Shown here one piece after another: positions 58,106 through 64,000 of a stretch of DNA of 64,000 nucleotides. The notes under the pieces were generated by a model. That model saw only the letters and a program-made list of their open reading frames with translations, had not been told where the DNA came from and did not search any database. Source of the stretch: Thermoproteota archaeon (lineage in GTDB: Archaea > Thermoproteota > Thermoprotei > Gearchaeales > Gearchaeaceae); contig JAVVGF010000002.1 in the NCBI GenBank assembly GCA_032249235.1, forward strand, positions 32,001 through 96,000, given 5' to 3'. The position numbers were made by a program, and so were the translations under genes. Position 1 is the stretch's first letter. Each line of letters begins with the position of its first letter.

Positions 58106-59157
58106 AGAGGTTTAATATTCTTTTGAATCTCTTCCCGAACTATTTCTTGATACGGCTTATTGCCGCTATATAAATGACAAGCAACGAAATGATTTGGTTT
58201 AACCTCGACTAATTGAGGTTCTACCTTTTTGCATATATCCATTACGTAAGGACATCTGGGATGGAATCTACAACCGGGAGGAATAAATACTGAGCTAGGT
58301 ATTTCTCCTATTATCTTTATTTCCTTCAATTTAAATCTCAGCTCTGGATTCGGTTCAGGTACTGCAGCTACTAGTGCTTGCGTATACGGATGCAAAGGAT
58401 CTTCAATAACCTCATCAGAACTTCCCAATTCGATAATTTTTCCTAAATACATCACAGCGATTCTGTCGGCAATATATCTAGCTGTAGAGAGATCATGAGT
58501 AATATACAAATATGTTAGATTATACTTTTCTTTTAGAGAACGCATCAATTCAAGGATTTCAGCCCTAATCGATACATCAAGCATTGATACAGGTTCATCT
58601 GCAACTATAAACTTTGGTCTTAGGATTAATGCTCTTGCAATAGCAACTCTTTGTCTCTGACCTCCACTTAATTGATGAGGAAATCGCCATGTGAATTCTT
58701 CAGGAGGGATTAGACGAACATCTTCCAATATTTTCGCGACGAGCTCTTTTCTTTCTTCTTCACTTTTCGTTATCCTATGTATTATCAATGGTTCTTCAAG
58801 AGAAGCACCTATTGTAAATCTAGGGTCCAATGAACTGTAGGGATCTTGAAATATCATCTGTGCTTGTCTTCTGAAAACTTTTAAAGGGTATCCCATTAAA
58901 TCTTTCAAAGGTATTCCACCGAAGTAGATCTCCCCCGAAGTAACGTCGATTAGTTTTAGCAATAATCTCCCCGTTGTTGTTTTACCACTACCTGATTCGC
59001 CCACCAATGCAAAAGTCTCTCCTTGATAAATTGAGAAATCAATAATGTCAACAGCTCTTGAATAAATAATAGGAAATCTTTGTAGAGCTCCCTTTACTCC
59101 TCTAGGTAAAGGAAACCATTTAGCTAATCTATATGCCAGTACGAGAGGTTTATTCAT
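58102..59157 (-). CDS. oppF: oligopeptide/dipeptide ABC transporter ATPase (OppF/DppF)
   Basis: GESGSGKTT, FQDPYSSL, LSGGQRQR, DEPVSMLD, HPYT, CRFHPRC..C..C Fe-S tail. Confidence 0.92.
   Translation of the reverse strand: MNKPLVLAYRLAKWFPLPRGVKGALQRFPIIYSRAVDIIDFSIYQGETFALVGESGSGKTTTGRLLLKLIDVTSGEIYFGGIPLKDLMGYPLKVFRRQAQMIFQDPYSSLDPRFTIGASLEEPLIIHRITKSEEERKELVAKILEDVRLIPPEEFTWRFPHQLSGGQRQRVAIARALILRPKFIVADEPVSMLDVSIRAEILELMRSLKEKYNLTYLYITHDLSTARYIADRIAVMYLGKIIELGSSDEVIEDPLHPYTQALVAAVPEPNPELRFKLKEIKIIGEIPSSVFIPPGCRFHPRCPYVMDICKKVEPQLVEVKPNHFVACHLYSGNKPYQEIVREEIQKNIKPL
58167..58282. repeat. 116-bp perfect direct repeat, copy 1 (3' end of oppF)
   Basis: Identical base by base to 59187-59302. 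Confidence 0.95.
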
Positions 59158-59163
59158 AGTAGT

Positions 59164-60153
59164 TCACTTATTTGTTTTTGCTTCATTATATAAATGACAA
59201 GCAACGAAATGATTTGGTTTAACCTCGACTAATTGAGGTTCTACCTTTTTGCATATATCCATTACGTAAGGACATCTGGGATGGAATCTACAACCGGGAG
59301 GAGGATTTCTTAAATCAGGAGGTACACCAGGAATGAACTCTAATTTTTCAATTTTCTCTCTCAGTCTAGGTATACTCTTTAATAACTTTTGAGTATATGG
59401 ATGCAAGGGTTCTTTATATAAGTCAAGAGATTTTGCTACTTCAACGATTTTCCCTGCATACATTATGGCTACTTTATCAGCTAGCTCCGCTATTATGCTC
59501 AAATCGTGAGATATTAATATCATTGAGGTTCCATATTTGGATTGAAGTTGTTTTAAGAGATTCAATATTTGAGCTTGTACTATTACATCTAATGCTGTTG
59601 TAGGTTCATCAGCAATCAAGAGCTTAGGTTTTAATAATAAAGCCATCGCTATAACAATTCTTTGTTTTTGTCCCCCGCTTAATTCATGAGGATAACGTTT
59701 AAGAATAGCAGGGTCAAGTGCAACTGATTTAAGATGCTCACTCATAATACTCTTTGCTTCATTGAAGCTAATATCCATATGATATTTGAATACTTCATAA
59801 AGTTGCTCTTCAATCGTATAAACTGGAGTCAACGCTTGCATCGCACCTTGAAAGACCATTGCAATCTTTTTCATTCTATATTCTTTTCTAAAAGTTTCAT
59901 TGTCAATTTCTAAGATATTTGTTCCTTCAAAGATTATTTTTCCATCTACTATCATTCCAGGAGGAGGAACAAGCCTAATAATTGAGTAGGCTAACGTACT
60001 CTTACCACAACCAGACTCGCCTGCTATACCCAAGACTTCGCCTTTATCAACAAATAAAGAGACATCATCGACGGCTTTTACAATACCCCTTGTAGTAAAG
60101 AAATAAGTCTTGAGATTTCTTATCTCTAACATCCTCGCCTTCATCTTATCCAT
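59164..60153 (-). CDS. oppD: oligopeptide/dipeptide ABC transporter ATPase (OppD/DppD)
   Basis: GESGCGKST, FQGAM.AL.P, YPHELSGGQ.QR, DEPTTALD, HPYT, Fe-S tail. Confidence 0.92.
   Translation of the reverse strand: MDKMKARMLEIRNLKTYFFTTRGIVKAVDDVSLFVDKGEVLGIAGESGCGKSTLAYSIIRLVPPPGMIVDGKIIFEGTNILEIDNETFRKEYRMKKIAMVFQGAMQALTPVYTIEEQLYEVFKYHMDISFNEAKSIMSEHLKSVALDPAILKRYPHELSGGQKQRIVIAMALLLKPKLLIADEPTTALDVIVQAQILNLLKQLQSKYGTSMILISHDLSIIAELADKVAIMYAGKIVEVAKSLDLYKEPLHPYTQKLLKSIPRLREKIEKLEFIPGVPPDLRNPPPGCRFHPRCPYVMDICKKVEPQLVEVKPNHFVACHLYNEAKTNK
59187..59302. repeat. 116-bp perfect direct repeat, copy 2 (3' end of oppD)
   Basis: Identical to 58167-58282; offset 1020 bp. Confidence 0.95.
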
Positions 60154-60244
60154 AGAGAATTACCTATTTATATTTTGGGACAATAGTTAACGAACCTATA
60201 AGGTGTAATTAAGATTATTGCTCTTGTAATTTAAATAATATATC

Positions 60245-61171
60245 ATGAAAATGATGGAAAAACTTCTGCAAGAATTACAAACATTGGATTTAAACCGATT
60301 CAATGAATTGCTTCAAGAAGTTTCTAATCAATTGGAAAAAGAAAGACTTTTGAAGAAACTTGATGGGCTATTTGTTAATGAAGATTTAGTATATTGTACA
60401 TCTTCATCTATCGAACGCTGTATAATCATCGGTGATATTCATGGAGATTTGGATACCTTATTGGAAATTGCTGAAAGGATTGACATTGAAAAAATTAAAG
60501 AACAAAAAGCTGTTGTTGTCTTTTTGGGAGATTATGGAGATAGAGGCGAAAAATCGCTCGAAGTTTACTATCTTTTATTCAAATTGAAAACAATACTTAA
60601 AGAGAAAATCGTTTTACTAAGGGGTAATCATGAAGGGCCCGATGATCTGCTTGCACAACCACATGATTTACCTTTATTCTTCATAGAAAGATATGGGCAA
60701 GAAGGTTATACTTTTTACTTAAGAATAAAAAAGTTATTCGAGAAATTCTATTTGGCTTTCGTAGTATTAAACAAGCTAATTGCTTTACATGGTGGAATTC
60801 CTAGCAATGCTTTATCATTAGAGGATATAGCAATCGCAAGAAAAATTCATCCGAAAAAGAGGCTTCTAGAAGAAATACTTTGGAATGATCCGATGGATGA
60901 ATATGGTATAAGAGAATCATATAGAGGAGCAGGAAAATTATTCGGTCCAGATATAACAGAAAACTTTCTTAAAAGAAACAATCTACTAGTTGTTATAAGA
61001 GGTCATGAACCCGCTAGATTTGGATACTTCTTGTCACATAATGGAAAGGTTGTTACTGTTTTTTCCAGAAAAGGCGCACCTTATTTCAACGAGAAAGCAG
61101 CATATCTTGATATAAATTTAAATAAATTAGATTCCCACGAAGATATAAGCAAATTTATAATAAATATTTAA
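60245..61171 (+). CDS. PPP-family Ser/Thr protein phosphatase
   Basis: GDIHG, GDYGDRG, RGNHE, HGG, LWNDP, RGAG..FG, IRGHE, TVFS. Confidence 0.92.
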   Translation: MKMMEKLLQELQTLDLNRFNELLQEVSNQLEKERLLKKLDGLFVNEDLVYCTSSSIERCIIIGDIHGDLDTLLEIAERIDIEKIKEQKAVVVFLGDYGDRGEKSLEVYYLLFKLKTILKEKIVLLRGNHEGPDDLLAQPHDLPLFFIERYGQEGYTFYLRIKKLFEKFYLAFVVLNKLIALHGGIPSNALSLEDIAIARKIHPKKRLLEEILWNDPMDEYGIRESYRGAGKLFGPDITENFLKRNNLLVVIRGHEPARFGYFLSHNGKVVTVFSRKGAPYFNEKAAYLDINLNKLDSHEDISKFIINI

Positions 61172-62033
61172 AAGAATCCCTAGCAAATTTATATAAAAAA
61201 AGTTGAGCATATCCTCCATAATTTTTAAATATTTCATTAAGTACATCTCTAATTTTATAGTAATTCTTTTTGAGCTTTTCAAGAGATATGTAGTTGAAAT
61301 AATCCTTATAAAAGAGAACTAGTATCTTTGTGATCCATGTATCAATTGGTATACTTTCAAATCTAGAATAACTATATAATGATACACAGCTAGCCGTCTT
61401 TATTCCTACACCCTTTATTTTCATCAAACTTTTTTCCAAATCTATAGTAGGCATTTTACTTAGTTCTTCTAATTCCTCATCGTTTTCAAATTTTTTTGAA
61501 AATGATATAATATAGCTGGATCTGAAGCCATATCCAATTTTTCTTAATTGCTTTTCATTTATTTTTTTCAATTCAGCAAAATTAGGATAATCGTATATCA
61601 GAAAATCTCCCAATTTTAGTTTCCTCTTTGAGAATTTAGAAAGTTTTTCAAGCATTTGATTAGCTCGCTTTATATTATTAAAACTGACACTGAGATAGGA
61701 AACTAAGCATTCTCTTTTATTTTGCTTCAATACCCTCAATCCTTTATATTTATGATAAAGATCGTTAACAAGCGGATCTTCACAGATTGCATTTTTAATT
61801 TCTTCATAATTATGATCTAATCCTAGAAATTCTTTTAATTTGGTTTCATCGATATTTCCTTCTATTTTATAATTAAGAAGATTTCCTTCATACTTCAACG
61901 CAACGATGCTACCATAACACACTCCTATCCAATATGAACTATACTTTTTCCATCTAAAGATTTGACCTGATGAGAAAGTATGATCTAAATTAAATTCATC
62001 CTTTTCTATTTTAATGAAGCCTTTTATCATCAA
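61155..62033 (-). CDS. 8-oxoguanine DNA glycosylase, Ogg1 type
   Basis: L..T..SGQ.FRW N-domain, GLR.L.Q, NNI.R, GFR, HhH KGVGIKTA.C, PIDTW, GYAQ..L. Confidence 0.87.
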   Translation of the reverse strand: MMIKGFIKIEKDEFNLDHTFSSGQIFRWKKYSSYWIGVCYGSIVALKYEGNLLNYKIEGNIDETKLKEFLGLDHNYEEIKNAICEDPLVNDLYHKYKGLRVLKQNKRECLVSYLSVSFNNIKRANQMLEKLSKFSKRKLKLGDFLIYDYPNFAELKKINEKQLRKIGYGFRSSYIISFSKKFENDEELEELSKMPTIDLEKSLMKIKGVGIKTASCVSLYSYSRFESIPIDTWITKILVLFYKDYFNYISLEKLKKNYYKIRDVLNEIFKNYGGYAQLFLYKFARDSFKYLL

Positions 62034-62075
62034 ACTTTTTTAGTTGTTTGTGATAATATAATAATTGTAATTTAA

Positions 62076-62948
62076 ATGGGGCAACGTAGCCAACTTATTT
62101 ATATAAGAACGTTACTTATTGTTTCAATCATTGCTTACTTGAGCATGGCAATTATAGGCATTTATATTTCTCTAAGAACAAGTAGCAGTGCACTCTTAGC
62201 AGATTCGTTGGATTCTTTAATTAATATGCTAATTACCCTCATTGTTTTCATAGGTGTATTATATGCGGATAGACTTTCTGAAGAAAATGCCAATTTGAAT
62301 TATTTCAAAATTGAAGTCTTGAGCGCATTTACAGTCGCTATTATCGCTATCCTTTTAGCTGGCTACATAGTTTATACTTCAATAAATAGATTTCACGTAG
62401 GATATATTATTAAGGAAGGTGAAATTGGTGTTTTGAGTGCTATTAGCTTCGGAATAATTTCATTAATAATTACTGTAAAGAAGTACGAATATGCTAAAAA
62501 ATATGGCTTGCTTTCTTTAAAAATAGATTCAACGAATTCAATAAAAGATACAATAGGATCATTCTTTGCAGCTTTAGGTATATATCTTTCAACACTTACT
62601 TTTACTATATTCGATACTATTTTTGCTGTCATAATAGCTGCATTTCTGGCTACAGCTAGTATACCTGTGATAAGGGAAAGCACATTAATATTGATAGATG
62701 TATATAATAATCCTCAACTCAAACAAAAAATTATAGAACTTGCTAAAGGCTTTCCACATATTACAAGGATTTTATCAGTAAACTTTAGAAGAATGGGGTA
62801 CAAAATAGCAGTAGAAATAGAATTGGAAGTAGATGGCGATATTCCAGTAGAAGACTTGCATGAAATATCAAAGAATTATGAAGAAAAGATTAAAAGTAGA
62901 TTTCCTAATATAGCGAAAGTATTAATAGCGGTTAAGGCTGTAAGCTAA
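62076..62948 (+). CDS. cation diffusion facilitator transporter
   Basis: S.ALLADS.D, K.E.L, D...S..D, 6 TM segments plus a cytoplasmic dimerisation domain. Confidence 0.88.
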   Translation: MGQRSQLIYIRTLLIVSIIAYLSMAIIGIYISLRTSSSALLADSLDSLINMLITLIVFIGVLYADRLSEENANLNYFKIEVLSAFTVAIIAILLAGYIVYTSINRFHVGYIIKEGEIGVLSAISFGIISLIITVKKYEYAKKYGLLSLKIDSTNSIKDTIGSFFAALGIYLSTLTFTIFDTIFAVIIAAFLATASIPVIRESTLILIDVYNNPQLKQKIIELAKGFPHITRILSVNFRRMGYKIAVEIELEVDGDIPVEDLHEISKNYEEKIKSRFPNIAKVLIAVKAVS

Positions 62949-62951
62949 TTG

Positions 62952-63353
62952 ATGCCTTTTGAAATTGAATTTCCAGTAGACTGGGTTGATACGGATGCTT
63001 TAGGTATTGTTCATTTCACAAATTATTTCAGATATTTCGAAAGAGCGGAAACCGAATTCTTAAGAAAAGCTGGATTAGATTACAATGAGATTTTTAAAAG
63101 AGGATTTGCAATACCAAGGGTCGAAGCAAAATGTAAATATTACAAACCGTTAAGGTTTGGCGATATAGTCAAAGTTCAGCTCAAAATAGGAGAAATAGGC
63201 GAAAAGCATTTCAAGTATGAATTCCAAATCTTCAATAACAATAAAGAATTAGTTGCTGAAGGATATGTTGTCGTTGTATGCATAGATAAAACTAGCTTTA
63301 AATCAACTAAGTTACCAGAATCTTTTGTTGAAAAACTAAAGACCCTCCTGTAA
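62952..63353 (+). CDS. hotdog-fold acyl-CoA thioesterase (YbgC/4HBT family)
   Basis: DTDALGIVHF.NY.RYFE.AE, Y.KPLRFGD. Confidence 0.9.
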   Translation: MPFEIEFPVDWVDTDALGIVHFTNYFRYFERAETEFLRKAGLDYNEIFKRGFAIPRVEAKCKYYKPLRFGDIVKVQLKIGEIGEKHFKYEFQIFNNNKELVAEGYVVVVCIDKTSFKSTKLPESFVEKLKTLL

Positions 63354-63385
63354 CACTTAAAAGTTTTTAAGAAGTCATTATTCTT

Positions 63386-64000
63386 ATGGTTGAAAAATTT
63401 GTTTATACTTTTGAGGAAGCCGATCATAGAAATAAAAAACTCTTTGGAGGTAAAGGAGCAAGTTTAATTTTAATGACTAAATTGGGGTTTGATGTACCTG
63501 CAGGAATTATAATTCCTACCACTGTATGTAAAGAGTATTATAAAAACGGAAGAAAGCTGCCAGATAACTTAATGAAAGAAGTAATTGAGGGGATGAAATA
63601 CATAGAAAATAAAATGGGTAAGAAGTTCGGAGACCCAAGCAATCCATTATTAGTTTCAGTAAGATCAGGTGCAGCTATATCGATGCCAGGAATGATGGAT
63701 ACAGTTCTAAATTTAGGTATGAATGATGAAATCGCTGAATCGTTAGCTAGATTGTACTCTGAGAGGTTTGCTTATGATGCATATAGGAGATTCCTAAGCA
63801 TGTTCGGAAAAATAGTACTAAAAGTGGATGAAAAATTGTTTTCTGAAAAATTAGAAGAGTACAAAAATAGATTTGGAGTAAAATATGATAGTGAACTGCC
63901 AGCAGAAGCCCTGAAACTTCTTTGCGAAGAATACAAAGAAATAATTATTAGAGAAGTTTCTAAGAATTTAAATCTAAGCACTGAGGAAATCAAAGAAATC
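63386..64000 (+). CDS. ppdK: pyruvate phosphate dikinase (5' part, runs off the window)
   Basis: MVEKFVYTFEEA...LFGGKGASL..MT.LG..VP.G, PLLVSVRSGAAISMPGMMDTVLNLG, FAYDAYRRF. Absent from the ORF track because it is truncated. Confidence 0.93.
   Translation, partial: MVEKFVYTFEEADHRNKKLFGGKGASLILMTKLGFDVPAGIIIPTTVCKEYYKNGRKLPDNLMKEVIEGMKYIENKMGKKFGDPSNPLLVSVRSGAAISMPGMMDTVLNLGMNDEIAESLARLYSERFAYDAYRRFLSMFGKIVLKVDEKLFSEKLEEYKNRFGVKYDSELPAEALKLLCEEYKEIIIREVSKNLNLSTEEIKEI

Noticed and set aside
154-63993. Many 60-120 aa ORFs antisense to or nested in long genes (e.g. 154-378, 9578-9931, 20520-20738, 39560-39922, 63772-63993)
   Set aside because: They are shadows of well-supported genes, with no motifs and atypical composition.
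1-64000. CRISPR array, rRNA, integrase or provirus
   Set aside because: No regularly spaced repeats, rRNA-like GC-rich tracts, integrase or viral genes were seen.

Overview
AT-rich, densely coding chromosomal segment of a (hyper)thermophilic archaeon, most consistent with the TACK/Thermoproteota group. The lineage markers are reverse gyrase, a CdvA/CdvB/CdvC division operon, a DUF2258 ThermoDBP-related protein, a crenarchaeal-type SSB OB fold, a box C/D sRNA and deoxyhypusine synthase. Most genes are housekeeping: pyrFEBIC, fused EtfBA-FixC-FixX-mdh, thiolase/DUF35 pairs, ThrRS, AsnRS, nadE, glyA, HflX, oppDF, ppdK and tRNA-Ser(CGA). The most notable item is a eukaryote-type ubiquitin-fold protein with no diglycine, translationally coupled to the membrane protease HtpX and followed by a PflX-type radical SAM gene. 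Also notable are a probable tandem arrestin-fold plus winged-helix protein and a SET/post-SET methyltransferase. Non-coding and structural features include an unannotated C/D guide RNA, a decayed IS605/TnpB remnant with an omegaRNA-like right end, a perfect 116-bp repeat shared by oppD and oppF, an unannotated 44-aa Zn ribbon and a decayed FN3 surface-protein gene. All family assignments come from recognising motifs by eye; no searches were run.
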